Shown in pieces: positions 41,365-51,544 of a stretch of DNA of 64,000 nt. A program made the position numbers and the translations under genes. Position 1 is the stretch's first letter; every line of letters starts with the position of its first letter. The DNA comes from Betaproteobacteria bacterium (lineage in GTDB: Bacteria > Pseudomonadota > Gammaproteobacteria > Burkholderiales > Rhodocyclaceae). Under the pieces are notes generated by a model, which saw only the letters and a list, made by a program, of their open reading frames with translations, was not told the DNA's origin and did not search any database. Where the stretch lies: the NCBI GenBank assembly GCA_009782565.1, contig WRIU01000012.1, positions 5,070 through 69,069 on the forward strand. Direction: 5' to 3'.

Positions 41365-41577
41365 ATGAGAACCTCGCTTCCCCATAAATACTGGATCCGC
41401 CTGTTCGTGGGCGTCATGGCAATGGCGTTTTCACTTGGGTACGGTTTCTCGATGTCGGCATCCGCTGCCTCGGCGCTTCCACAGGCCGGGGAGGATTCAG
41501 GCACGGAAGCTCCAGCGCCTGAAACCCCACAGCCCCCGAAACCGAAACCCCCTCATCAGACAAGCGAGCATTGTTGA
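41365..41577 (+). CDS. Small exported Pro-rich hypothetical protein (70 aa).
   Basis: A strong RBS (AAGGAGG) lies 7 nt upstream of the ATG. An N-terminal signal-like hydrophobic segment is followed by a PETPQPPKPKPP tail. No family was recognised. Confidence 0.45.
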   Translation: MRTSLPHKYWIRLFVGVMAMAFSLGYGFSMSASAASALPQAGEDSGTEAPAPETPQPPKPKPPHQTSEHC

Positions 41578-41761
41578 CCGCCCCTGTGGTCAATAGCGTC
41601 GTCGCGGTGATCTGCCGCGAGACACGCTGATGAAGTTTGAGGCTCCCCTGAACTGCTTCCCTCTTGAGGGAGGCGTCATCCGCCAAAGGTGGGTGACGGA
41701 AGAAGTCTGCCGAGGATTCCCTGACCGGGAGGCCGGAGTAAATCAAAAAAAAGGAAAGATC

Positions 41762-44700
41762 ATGAAGACTTCAATTCATTTTCGCCATTCTCCCCAAGCA
41801 TTGACAATCCGCACAAGCCCCCTGGTTCAGGCCGTCGCAATGGCCATTGCGATAGTCAGCTATAGCGGAAGCGCGCTGGCGCAAACGGTTAATTTTCCTT
41901 CCGTACCGTTGACGGTTGCCACAGCCGTTCCGGCTAATTTGTTATATATCCATGACGATTCCAATTCAATGTACTGGTCGTATATGCCGGACGACATACA
42001 TCGATCAACCATGGGGGCGCCGGGCACATCGAAAGTTCCAGTCATATTTTATATGTCGCCGGATCTTAACAAGGCGTACTACAACCCGGAATTCAGATAT
42101 ATACCTCCTCCCGCACCACCCGGAATCAGCATTGTCGATGCGGACAACAAACCCGTTACGGACGGCACTCTTGGCAACGCGAAATTCACAGATGCCTGGT
42201 ATAACGGTTACGACCTTGCGTACCGGAATCAGGCTGGTGCTTATGTCACCAGTGGATCGGATTCCATTAACCGCAAGGTCAACTTGAGCACGAGTTACAT
42301 TCCCACAGACTATTGGAGCCTTATTTTTAATAACACTGCATATAACGCTCCAATTAAAGGTACTCTGGCCAACTCTGGCGAATTCCTGAACATCACAACG
42401 CCTATTTCCCTTTCCGGGGCTGGGACAAATAAAAATTACTATTACAGATGCCCGATGACTGCGTGGAAAAATTACCCTACGCCCACAGCAACCGCTGGCA
42501 ACTATAACGAATCATTGTGTACGGGATACACGCTCGTCACCGATGAAGAAAAGCAGAATTTTGCCAATTGGTATTCCTATTACCGCACACGAAACAATGC
42601 CTCCAAGGCAGGAATCGCCAGGGCTTTCGAGAAGCTCGACCCCAGCGTCCGCGTAGGCTGGGGACTCATCAACAAGAAAAACTCCGTCAGCATTGACGGA
42701 AAAAGCGTCAACACGGTCATCCAGGGTGTGCGGAGTTTCGATATCAACAGGAAAAAAACGTTCCTGGACTGGCTATATAAAATCTACCCTGCCGCCATGA
42801 ACAGGTCGCCTGTTTTCATCAGCTCGATGAGCAGCACAGAAAAGGATGCGGGCGGCACACCGCTCAGGAGGGCGCTGGACAATGCCGGACGGTACTATGA
42901 CAGATCGGATGGTGCCAACTTCGGCCCTTGGGCGGACGATCCCGCCAAACCGGGGAACGCTGCCACGGAGAAAGCCGCCGCATGCCGCAAGAGTTTCACC
43001 ATACTGATGACCGACGGCTATTGGAACAGTGACGCCGCCAGCACCACAGGCATTGTGAACGTCAACGTCGACGGCAGCGCGCCCTCCCCGTTCAAGGATA
43101 GCTATTCCAACACTCTGGCGGACATCGCCTGGTATTACTGGAATAAAAAACTCCTGCCTTCCTCGGTTGCCAACAAAGTTCCCAAGACCCCGGCTCCCGG
43201 AACGCTGGGCGCTGTTCCCCCGAAATACCGGGATGGCGCCGAATATCAGCATGTGACGACCTTCACCATCGGCTTGGCGGTAGTCGGCTCTGTCGATAAG
43301 GACAAAGCCTTCAAGGCAATCTATGATCCTTCAGTCGGAACGATCACCTGGCCCAACCCCGTTCCTGATGGGAACAATACTGAAAAAATCGACGATTTGC
43401 TGCACACCGCCGTGAATGGGCACGGGGACTTTTTCTCGGCCACGAACCCCGACGAATTCGTTGCCGGCATGTCATCCATCATCAACTCCGTCAACAGCGC
43501 GCAAAAAGCTTCTTCAGGGAACATCGACGCCAGTTCTTCCCAGGTCGAACCAGTCTCAGTCGATGTTTACATCTACAAGACGAATTTCAAACCTGATGAC
43601 TGGAGGGGAGAACTCATCGCCCAGAGAGTAGATCGGGGAACCGGGCTTGAAGAAGAAGTCTGGCTTGCCTCGGAACAGATGCCTTCACCCACGGCGCGCA
43701 GGATATACACCCGAAAAAGCAACAACAACGGGGTCTCCTTCACATGGGCCAGCTTGGACAGCCCGCTTCAGAACGCCCTGAGGGGGCCGGGGCAACTGCT
43801 CGACGGACAGAAGGTTCTCGACTACATCCGAGGAAGCAACGAAAACGAGGGTCCGAATCCCGGCCAATTCCGTCCCCGTTACCGTGGCGGCGCAAACCGT
43901 GCCCCGCTTGGCGACAACCCACACAATTCGCCACTTTTCGTCAAATACAGCGAATCAGCCAAGACGCTTTTTCTGGGAGCCAATGACGGCATGCTGCATG
44001 CTTTTGACGCCAGCAATGGCAAGGAACAGTTCGCCTACATTCCGTCAGCGCTGGTCTCAAAACTGGCTGAACTCACCAACGGACACAATTTCTATGTAGA
44101 TGGTGAAATCCTGGTGACGACGCCGACCCAGACGCCGGATCAGTATCTTCTGGTCGGCGCCCTCGGACGCGGCGGCAAGGGACTGTACGGGTTGGATGTA
44201 AGCAATCCGGCGACTTTCCAGGAGAGCAATGTCAAATGGGAGTTCAACGGCTCCCAGGCCTGCCCCGACCCCAATCCCAGTTCGGCCTTTCTGGGCAATG
44301 TCATCGGTTCGCTGGCATACGCTGAGATCAGCGGGCAACCGAGCGCCGTCTTCGGTAATGGCTACAATAGTTGCAATGACAAGGCTGCCCTGGGCATAGT
44401 GAGTGTCGCCAATGGCAGCGCGACTTTCATCAAGGCATCGGACGAACTCGGCAATGGCCTTGCGGCTCCCAGCATCCACGAAGATGCCGTAACCCACGCA
44501 GTGTCGGCCTATGCGGGCGATCTGCGCGGCAAGATGTGGAAATTCGGATTGATCCCGCAACTCTCTGGTACGCCTCAAAAACTTTTCGACACGGGCACGG
44601 CGGATCGGCCGATTACCGCGCGCGCTGCGGCAGTGACGCTCAATACTGCCCCCGATGCCAAAAAGACTTTCGTCTTCTTCGGAACAGGGCGTTACCTCAC

Positions 44701-45319
44701 TATCTCCGACAGAAGCATCCCTCCAGTACAGCAAAACATATACGGGCTGACCGACAACGATGGTTCCACCCTCTTGCACAGCGACTTGCAAGAGCGCGTT
44801 TTCGGCACGACGGGTTCCGTAAGCGGCGTTCCGGTGAAGTCCATCTTGCCGCTGGCGGGTAATGCCGTCACGAACAACAAAAAAGGCTGGTATATTTCCC
44901 TGGTCGAAAAAGGCGAGAGGGTCGTGAGCACACCGATTATCGTTCAAGACATCGCCATATTTACCACGATCATCCCGCCCGTCGATGGCGATCCCTGCGA
45001 CCCGAAAGGTTCCGGCTGGCTCTACTTTGTAAACGCCCAAACCGGCAGCGCACTGGACTTCGTCTTTCTCGATATCAATGGCGACGGGAAACTCGATGAG
45101 AACGACAAGGTCGACGGAAAATCCCCCTCAGCCGTCAAGGTTGGCGACCTGCTCGGCGGCATGCCTGGGCAAGCCAAAATGGTCAACGGGCGGGTGGTTG
45201 TCTGCGGGCTGGATTCGGCTAACTGCATTTCGTTTGGCACCCCATTCTCACAACCCGACGACGACACGCACGACGGTGCGGCTCGTGGCCGTATCTCCTG
45301 GCGCGAGATCATCAACTAA
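41762..45319 (+). CDS. pilY1: Type IV pilus tip-associated adhesin/biogenesis factor PilY1 (PilC family).
   Basis: The start MKTSIHF at 41762 is followed by a signal peptide. An N-terminal vWA-like region carries a DxSxS MIDAS motif (DDSNSM). The C-terminal PilY1 propeller shows FLGANDGMLHAFDASNGKEQFAYIP and an EF-hand-like DINGDGKLDENDKVDG. Confidence 0.9.
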   Translation: MKTSIHFRHSPQALTIRTSPLVQAVAMAIAIVSYSGSALAQTVNFPSVPLTVATAVPANLLYIHDDSNSMYWSYMPDDIHRSTMGAPGTSKVPVIFYMSPDLNKAYYNPEFRYIPPPAPPGISIVDADNKPVTDGTLGNAKFTDAWYNGYDLAYRNQAGAYVTSGSDSINRKVNLSTSYIPTDYWSLIFNNTAYNAPIKGTLANSGEFLNITTPISLSGAGTNKNYYYRCPMTAWKNYPTPTATAGNYNESLCTGYTLVTDEEKQNFANWYSYYRTRNNASKAGIARAFEKLDPSVRVGWGLINKKNSVSIDGKSVNTVIQGVRSFDINRKKTFLDWLYKIYPAAMNRSPVFISSMSSTEKDAGGTPLRRALDNAGRYYDRSDGANFGPWADDPAKPGNAATEKAAACRKSFTILMTDGYWNSDAASTTGIVNVNVDGSAPSPFKDSYSNTLADIAWYYWNKKLLPSSVANKVPKTPAPGTLGAVPPKYRDGAEYQHVTTFTIGLAVVGSVDKDKAFKAIYDPSVGTITWPNPVPDGNNTEKIDDLLHTAVNGHGDFFSATNPDEFVAGMSSIINSVNSAQKASSGNIDASSSQVEPVSVDVYIYKTNFKPDDWRGELIAQRVDRGTGLEEEVWLASEQMPSPTARRIYTRKSNNNGVSFTWASLDSPLQNALRGPGQLLDGQKVLDYIRGSNENEGPNPGQFRPRYRGGANRAPLGDNPHNSPLFVKYSESAKTLFLGANDGMLHAFDASNGKEQFAYIPSALVSKLAELTNGHNFYVDGEILVTTPTQTPDQYLLVGALGRGGKGLYGLDVSNPATFQESNVKWEFNGSQACPDPNPSSAFLGNVIGSLAYAEISGQPSAVFGNGYNSCNDKAALGIVSVANGSATFIKASDELGNGLAAPSIHEDAVTHAVSAYAGDLRGKMWKFGLIPQLSGTPQKLFDTGTADRPITARAAAVTLNTAPDAKKTFVFFGTGRYLTISDRSIPPVQQNIYGLTDNDGSTLLHSDLQERVFGTTGSVSGVPVKSILPLAGNAVTNNKKGWYISLVEKGERVVSTPIIVQDIAIFTTIIPPVDGDPCDPKGSGWLYFVNAQTGSALDFVFLDINGDGKLDENDKVDGKSPSAVKVGDLLGGMPGQAKMVNGRVVVCGLDSANCISFGTPFSQPDDDTHDGAARGRISWREIIN

Positions 45320-45328
45320 GGATCGTTC

Positions 45329-45730
45329 ATGAACACGCAGAAGGGGTTCACACTGCTGGAGCTGGTGATCGTTGTTGCGATCGTCGCCATCCTTGCCACT
45401 ATCGCGATACCAAGCTACCAGTCGTACATGATAAAAACCCGCCGGGCGGCGGCAGCGACCTGCTTGCTGGAAATATCGCAGTCGATGGAACGCTTCCACA
45501 CCGTGAACATGACCTACATGGGCTATACCCTGCCAGCTCTACAGTGCAGCAACGATCTGGCAGGGCACTATATTTTCACCCTGTCGGATCAGGCCGCGCG
45601 CGCCTACCTTCTCAGTGCCACCCCCCAAGGCGCGCAAGCCAGCAAGGATCCCGCGTCATGCGGAACCCTCACCATCGATCAGGCCGGGCAAAAGGGAGCC
45701 GCAGCAGACGTCAGCGCGTGCTGGAGGTAA
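45329..45730 (+). CDS. pilE: Type IV pilin PilE-like.
   Basis: The class III signal [31 protein letters not shown] is present, with a C-terminal Cys pair. Confidence 0.88.
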   Translation: MNTQKGFTLLELVIVVAIVAILATIAIPSYQSYMIKTRRAAAATCLLEISQSMERFHTVNMTYMGYTLPALQCSNDLAGHYIFTLSDQAARAYLLSATPQGAQASKDPASCGTLTIDQAGQKGAAADVSACWR

Positions 45731-46490
45731 ACCCCTGCGCCGCCATCTTCCGCCGCAGGAATGCAATTTGCGTTTGCAGCGGAAGCGACTTGGGGCAAAC
45801 GTCCTGGCAGGCGAGTAACGACATGCAACCGAACACGCCGGTATCGTCGCCGATCAGTTCATAAAAATCGTCATCCGTGCGGACATCGCGCGGGTCGAGC
45901 CGGAAACGCGCAATCTTTCCAAAACCGACCGCGCCGACGAAATCCTTACGCATCTGCGCGGTTCCGCAGGCAGCGACACAACAACCGCATTCGATGCAGC
46001 GGTCGAGCTCATAGATCTGCTCGGCGACATCGGGGTCCATGCGTTCTTCAACGCGGCAAATGTCGACCTCGCGCTCCTTCGTGTGCAGCCAGGCTTGCAA
46101 CCGCTCGCTCATACCGCGCATCCATTTTCCGGTGTTGACCGAAAGGTCGCCAATCAGCTCGAAAAACGGCAGCGGCGCAAGCGTGATTTCATTGGGCAGA
46201 TCGCGGGTCAATGTACGGCAAGCCAGTTGCGGGCGCCCATTGACCATTATCGCGGAACTGCCGCAAATACCGGCGCGGCAGACGAAATCGAATTGCAGGG
46301 TCGGGTCTTGGTGCTCGCGAATTTCGTTGAGGGCGATAAACAGCGTCATGCTGTCGGCCTCTTCAATCCGGTACTCCTGCATGCGCGGCGTCGAAGCGGG
46401 GTCTCTCGGGTCGTAGCGCAAGATGCTGATGCGTAACTGCCGGTGTTGTTGCCGGGCATTTTGAGCGATGTCGTTATCAATGGCGCTCAT
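45711..46490 (-). CDS. frdB: Fumarate reductase / succinate dehydrogenase iron-sulfur subunit.
   Basis: Cys clusters for 2Fe-2S ([10 protein letters not shown]), 4Fe-4S ([11 protein letters not shown]) and 3Fe-4S ([12 protein letters not shown]) are present. The 3' end overlaps pilE convergently by 20 nt. Confidence 0.9.
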   Translation of the reverse strand: MSAIDNDIAQNARQQHRQLRISILRYDPRDPASTPRMQEYRIEEADSMTLFIALNEIREHQDPTLQFDFVCRAGICGSSAIMVNGRPQLACRTLTRDLPNEITLAPLPFFELIGDLSVNTGKWMRGMSERLQAWLHTKEREVDICRVEERMDPDVAEQIYELDRCIECGCCVAACGTAQMRKDFVGAVGFGKIARFRLDPRDVRTDDDFYELIGDDTGVFGCMSLLACQDVCPKSLPLQTQIAFLRRKMAAQGFTSSTR

Positions 46491-48478
46491 TGCGCGGCCT
46501 CCAGCGGTTCATCGAGTCGTTCGTTGCGACCCGCGAGCGAAGCGGGTAATTCTCCAACATAAGGCATGAGGGTTTCCTGGACGGCAAAGCGATCCTGGCC
46601 TTCCATCTGGCTGCGGATAGCTTCTATTTCCTGCTGGCGGCGCGGCGTATCCGGATGTTCGATGTAGTCCTTCGCGCCGTAACCGCGCCAGCCCGGCGGC
46701 AGTTCCATCTTCATGACATCGAGCGGCTCATACTCGAAACGCGGCAAGGTGGCCGCCTCATCTGGCCAGAAAGTCAGTGTGCGTTTGAGCCATTCCTTGT
46801 CGTTGCGCCGGGGGAAATCCTCGCGGAAATGCGCGCCCCGGCTCTCGGTACGCAAGTAAGCACCCTGCGCGACGGCAAGCGCCAGTTTGAGCATGCGCCG
46901 GACACGATAGGCCGCCACCAGTTCAGGATTGGCCGCGCGCGACTTGCCGGAAACGCCGATTTCGGCGCTCCGCTCCCGCAAGCGTTGCAGATGCGCGACC
47001 CCGGCGAGCAGCGCGTCGCCCTGCCGGAAAATACCGACGTGATCGGTCATGACGTGCTGCATCTCGGTGTAAATCTTGAACGCGTTTTCGCGCCCGCCCC
47101 CATCGAGGAGCTTTGCCAGCTTCGCCTCCTCGCGCTGTACGAATTCGCGCGCGAGCGTGAGCGGGAACGGCGCGCCGTTTTCCGGTTTGTCGCAGAAATC
47201 GGCAATGAATTCCCCGACGATCATGCCCGCGACCACGGTTTCGGCCACGGAATTGCCGCCAAGCCGGTTGAAACCGTGCAAATCCCAGCAAGCCGCCTCG
47301 CCAGCCGCGAACAGTCCCTTGAGCCAAGGCGACTGGCCGCTATGGTCGGTACGCACACCGCCCATCGTATAGTGCTGCGTCGGGCGCACGGGAATCCACT
47401 TCTCGGCGGGGTCGATACCGAGGAAGTACTGGCAGATTTCTTTCACTTCGCGCAGGTTGTGTTCGATGTGCTGGCGGCCCAACAAGGTGATGTCCAGCCA
47501 CAGGTGCGACCCGAAACGCGAAGACACGCCCTTGCCGCTGCGGATGTGCTCTTCCATACGGCGGGAAACGACATCGCGTGAGGCGAGTTCCTTCTTTTCC
47601 GGCTCGTAATGCGGCATGAAACGTTCGCCGTTCACGTCCCGCAACAGGCCGCCGTCTCCCCGGCAACCCTCGGTGACAAGGATGCCAGACGGAACGATGC
47701 CGGTCGGATGGAACTGCACGGCCTCCATATTGCCCAGGGGCGCGACGCCGGTCTCCAGCGCCAACCCGTGGCCCATGCCCTCGCAGATCACCGCGCTGGT
47801 CGTAGCGCTGTAGAGCCGCCCCGCACCACCGGCGGCAATCGCCGTGGCCTTGGCAAGATAAGCGACGAGTTCCCCGGTGATGAGGTTACGCACCACCGCG
47901 CCATAACAGCGCCCCCCATCATGAATCAGCGCCAGCGCCTCGGTACGCTCATGCACCTCGACGCCGTGGCAAATCGCCTGATTGCTGGTGGTAAACAGCA
48001 TGGCATGCCCGGTTCCATCCGCCGCATAGCAAGTGCGCCATTTCTTGGTTCCGCCGAAGTCGCGCTGCGCGATCAGGCCGTGCGCCTCCGTGCGTTCGGT
48101 GAGGGTCACTTTCTGTTCGTTGATGATGACCTTGTGCTCACCACCACGCACCCGGCTCCAGGGCGTCCCCCAGGCCGCGAGTTCGCGCACCGCTTTGGGG
48201 GCAGTGTTGACGAACATGCGCGCGACGACCTGATCCGCGCCCCAGTCGCTGCCGCGCACCGTATCTTCAAAGTGCACGTCCTCATTGTCGCCCGTGCCTT
48301 TGGCAACATTGGCGAGCGACGCCTGCATGCCGCCCTGGGCGGCAGAGGAGTGCGACCGTTTGGGCGGAACCAGAGAAAGCACCACTGCCTCATGCCCGCG
48401 CTTTCTGGCTGCAATGGCAATCCGCAACCCGGCGAGGCCGCCGCCAATCACTAGCACATCGGTCATGACTGTCTTCAT
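46487..48478 (-). CDS. frdA: Fumarate reductase / succinate dehydrogenase flavoprotein subunit.
   Basis: The FAD-binding fold [16 protein letters not shown] is present, with [11 protein letters not shown] (His for covalent FAD). The protein is 663 aa with no Tat or Sec signal. Confidence 0.95.
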   Translation of the reverse strand: MKTVMTDVLVIGGGLAGLRIAIAARKRGHEAVVLSLVPPKRSHSSAAQGGMQASLANVAKGTGDNEDVHFEDTVRGSDWGADQVVARMFVNTAPKAVRELAAWGTPWSRVRGGEHKVIINEQKVTLTERTEAHGLIAQRDFGGTKKWRTCYAADGTGHAMLFTTSNQAICHGVEVHERTEALALIHDGGRCYGAVVRNLITGELVAYLAKATAIAAGGAGRLYSATTSAVICEGMGHGLALETGVAPLGNMEAVQFHPTGIVPSGILVTEGCRGDGGLLRDVNGERFMPHYEPEKKELASRDVVSRRMEEHIRSGKGVSSRFGSHLWLDITLLGRQHIEHNLREVKEICQYFLGIDPAEKWIPVRPTQHYTMGGVRTDHSGQSPWLKGLFAAGEAACWDLHGFNRLGGNSVAETVVAGMIVGEFIADFCDKPENGAPFPLTLAREFVQREEAKLAKLLDGGGRENAFKIYTEMQHVMTDHVGIFRQGDALLAGVAHLQRLRERSAEIGVSGKSRAANPELVAAYRVRRMLKLALAVAQGAYLRTESRGAHFREDFPRRNDKEWLKRTLTFWPDEAATLPRFEYEPLDVMKMELPPGWRGYGAKDYIEHPDTPRRQQEIEAIRSQMEGQDRFAVQETLMPYVGELPASLAGRNERLDEPLEAAQ

Positions 48479-49250
48479 TGCCCGTCTCCCCGATCTGCGT
48501 TCGCTTCCTTCTCCATCACCCAGTCCGGCGTATAAGGTTCGCCCATATAGGCGCGGTGTTCATAGCCAATTTTCATGTACGCGGCCAGGCTTGCCAGTCC
48601 CAACACCAGGAAAAACCCTGTCAGAGCCCATTTCACTTTCTTCAGCGCCTCACGGGGCGCGTTCGGCCAACCCCACTTGACCACCAGCCGGTACAAACCG
48701 ATACCGCCGTGCAATTCCACAGCCAACAGCATGACGATATAAAACGGCCACAAGTTCTCAGACCACACGCGGTCGGACGAAAGGTAAGGGCCGATCTTTT
48801 CCGGCCAGAAAAACATCTGGTAGAGATGTGCCGAAGCGAGGAAAAACAGCAGGAACCCGGTATAAACCTGCCATATCCACAAAGTGGAATCCTCATGCCG
48901 CATCTGTTTGGTATGCGCGCGGACGATGCGCCATTGCTGGTAATTGATCGGAAACTTACGCACCGCCAGGAGCGCGTGCGCGACGAACGCCAACGCCACA
49001 AAACCGACGACACAGGACACCAGTCCCGAATAGGCTTTACCGAAGAAGAAATAGCCCTCGAAAAACCTGGCGATTGTCCACATGGCCGACTCGCTCACGA
49101 GGATGGAGGCGACGAAAAACATGTGCAGCCACATGAAGAGCGCGAGGAAAAGGCCGGTGGTGCTTTGCAGCAAGTCAAGCCGGGCCGGCCATCGGCTTTT
49201 TCGGGGCTTGTCGGCCAAGCCCGTCTGAATGAAGATAGTTTCGTGAGACA
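48475..49250 (-). CDS. frdC: Dihaem cytochrome b membrane subunit of a type B (Wolinella/Campylobacter-type) quinol:fumarate reductase.
   Basis: There is close colinear similarity, from memory, to W. succinogenes FrdC (KSRMPAKLDWWQSATGLFLGLFM.., MRKFPINY.., AVELHGSVGLYRLAVKWGW). The GTG start at 49250 is tentative. Confidence 0.8.
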
Positions 49251-49642
49251 CGGTCTGCCCTGGGTACAACGACACAGCCGGGCATGATGCCTTTTTTCCG
49301 GATAAAGTCCAGCCGTGATGACAAAATCGGCAAGATACACCGTGAAAGAACCCACGCCCGCAATCATTCCCGACTGAACATAAACACAATTCAGCAGCGG
49401 CTTAACCGCCCTCTTGACGTATGACGATAAAATACAAAATCGGGTAAACAGTAATGTTGCAACTCCGCTACAGAAAACACCTGTCGGCCTTTTTTACACC
49501 GACAGGCGAGCGGCGACATAGCATATATACAAAAATACAAATGATTCATGATGTTACGGTATTGACAGTTTTACGGCATTAAACTTGCTTGACACTTTTA
49601 CGTACCAATGCGTACGGTTTATTTATAAGGAGAAATAAAATC

Positions 49643-50371
49643 ATGAACAGCGCAACAAAACTCATCGCCGCGTTCGCTTTCGTATGCACGGCATTCAGCA
49701 GCGGCGTGAATGCTGCAACGATTGATTTCAAAGTGACCGATCTCAACGAGGTCAGTCTTGGCCCCGATGGCTACATAACAGGCATTCCTATGGATGGCGC
49801 ACATATAGGAGTCGCTCAACACTGGGGAGTGGGTGTGCCAGACTCGTCGGATGGCTCGACAAGAGATGTCGCTCTGCCTGCGGAAAATCCACTTCCTTTG
49901 TATTGGGAAACCTATACGTTTCTGATCAATACATCGGGAGCCTCCTGGCCATACGATGCTGGTTTCAACATCGGCGTGTACACGGACTCCGATGGGAACA
50001 CCAAGATGACCATGTATAGAATTCCCGGTTACGGCCTGTCGAGTTTTGATTCCGAAGGGGGTACGATGACTATTGACCCCAGTGGAATCACTACAGGGCA
50101 AAGCGGTATTTATTACGACATCTTCTTTGACCTGGAACAGTCATGGGTAGATTTCGGCAATGGGCGTATCTATTTGTCGCAATTTGGGCAGCAGCCTGGC
50201 CCAGGCATTTTGGGAGGGTCTATTTCTATGGACATCGAGAGCGGCTATTTCAAAGAGGCTCATATTGTTTATAAGGTCATGGCCGTCCCCGAACCCGAAA
50301 CCTGGGCCATGCTGTTGGCCGGTTTGGGGCTGATGGCGGGTGTGACCCGGCGGCGGAGAGCAAATCGCTGA
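49643..50371 (+). CDS. PEP-CTERM sorting-domain exported protein.
   Basis: An AAGGAG RBS and a signal peptide are present. The C-terminal VPEPETWAMLLAGLGLMAGVTRRRR is a canonical PEP-CTERM anchor. Confidence 0.8.
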   Translation: MNSATKLIAAFAFVCTAFSSGVNAATIDFKVTDLNEVSLGPDGYITGIPMDGAHIGVAQHWGVGVPDSSDGSTRDVALPAENPLPLYWETYTFLINTSGASWPYDAGFNIGVYTDSDGNTKMTMYRIPGYGLSSFDSEGGTMTIDPSGITTGQSGIYYDIFFDLEQSWVDFGNGRIYLSQFGQQPGPGILGGSISMDIESGYFKEAHIVYKVMAVPEPETWAMLLAGLGLMAGVTRRRRANR

Positions 50372-50390
50372 ACAAGGCTTCATGAAACAA

Positions 50391-50426
50391 AAACGCCGTT
50401 CGGGTTTGGCCGGACGGCGTTTTTTA
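50391..50426 (+). terminator. Intrinsic terminator after the PEP-CTERM gene.
   Basis: The hairpin AACGCCGTTCGG/CCGGACGGCGTT is followed by TTTTTAT. Confidence 0.65.
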
Positions 50427-50441
50427 TCTGGACATTCACCG

Positions 50442-50629
50442 AAGCTACTTGCTTCCCGTATTCGACCCCGCCGCGTCTACCACCGCCAGCGCGGTGATGT
50501 TGACCAGCCGCCGCACGGTGGCCGAAGGGGTAACGACATGCACAGGTTTAGCCGGGCCAAGCAGGATCGGGCCGACTGTGACGCCGTCGCAATACGCAAC
50601 CTTCATCAGGTTGAACGAAATATTGGCCG
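50442..50629 (-). pseudogene. Inverted duplicate of the last 61 codons, stop codon and 2 nt of maeB (right copy of the inverted repeat).
   Basis: It is identical to the reverse complement of 38952-39139 except for 3 substitutions: two synonymous and one Leu to Met in the maeB frame. There is no upstream maeB body. Confidence 0.85.
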
Positions 50630-50769
50630 CAAGCCAGCCTGAGCGCGCAAACGCTGCAACTCACCGATATGCTCCCTGAGGCTTGTAACGGTCTCTCCCT
50701 TCAGGTTGCGATAGGTGATGTAGATGCCGCCGATCAGGCCACGTTCGGCCAATGGTTTCAACTCATTGA

Positions 50770-51444
50770 AATCCCGGAAACCTACCACGAAGTGCTGCCC
50801 AACCCGGGACAATGCCGCCCCGCCCCAAAGAACGCTGTATCGCTGCCAGCGGAACCACCCTTCCTGTCCAATCCGAAATGGAACGCCAACGCTTCACGAC
50901 ACTCATCCAGGAACAGGCAGACCGCCTCTACCTGGTGATCGAGCGCATGTTACAACTGGCAAAAGTCGAGCAATTACAACGATTGGAAGACAATCAGGCA
51001 CTCGACCTGTCCGATCTCGTCGAGCAGGTCGTCGAAGCGCACCGGGCCGCACTGCAAAAGCGCAACCTCTCTGTGAAAATCGAGGCCGAATGTGAAGCTT
51101 CCTGTCACGGCGACGCTTTTTTACTACAGCAGGCCATTGCCAACCTGCTCTCCAACGCCATCGACTTCTCCCCAGAGGGTGGCCTCATCTACATCACACT
51201 GAAAAAGGATGCCAACAAACTCATCCTGAAAGTCCGTGACCATGGAGAAGGCGCTCCAGAGTACGCCTTACAGCAAATTTTCGAGCGTTTCTATTCACTG
51301 CCTCACCCCACGACCGCGCGAAAAAGCACCGGGCTTGGGTTGCCCTTCGTGCGTGAAGTTGCGCGCCTGCATGGCGGCGAAGCGCATTTCGGAAATCATC
51401 CTGAAGGCGGTGCACAAGTGTTCATGGACATCGCGATCGGGTAA
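50770..51444 (+). pseudogene. C-terminal fragment of a CreC-like sensor histidine kinase (partial DHp plus HATPase_c only).
   Basis: The N, G1 and G2 boxes are intact (LLSNAIDFSPEGG, DHGEGAP, GLGLPFV; FERFYSLP is CreC-like). The frame opens only at 50770, so the sensor, TM and HAMP regions and a clean H-box are all missing. Confidence 0.7.
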
Positions 51445-51544
51445 GCAGCGATCTCAAACAAAAACACTGCACTGCCGCCGTTCATGGATGAGCAAGCTTG
51501 GTACAAGCTTACGTCTGATATTTAGTGCCCCCCCGGTCAGACGA

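Noticed and set aside
41630-41761. The upstream extension of the pilY1 ORF (MKFEAPLNCF...).
   Set aside because: The extension has no signal peptide. The internal ATG at 41762 has an RBS and is followed immediately by a typical signal sequence.
49530-49642. Repeated TTTACG(G/T) and two TTGACA hexamers upstream of the PEP-CTERM gene as an operator array.
   Set aside because: The spacings (17, 27 and 14 nt) are irregular, and no matching -10 elements sit at the proper distance. I cannot distinguish this from chance in an AT-rich promoter region.
39140-50441. The block bracketed by inverted repeats as a transposon, integrative element or invertase-controlled switch.
   Set aside because: No transposase, integrase, invertase or target-site duplication could be found. 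The repeats are a coding-gene fragment rather than IS ends. I kept it as a rearrangement finding only.
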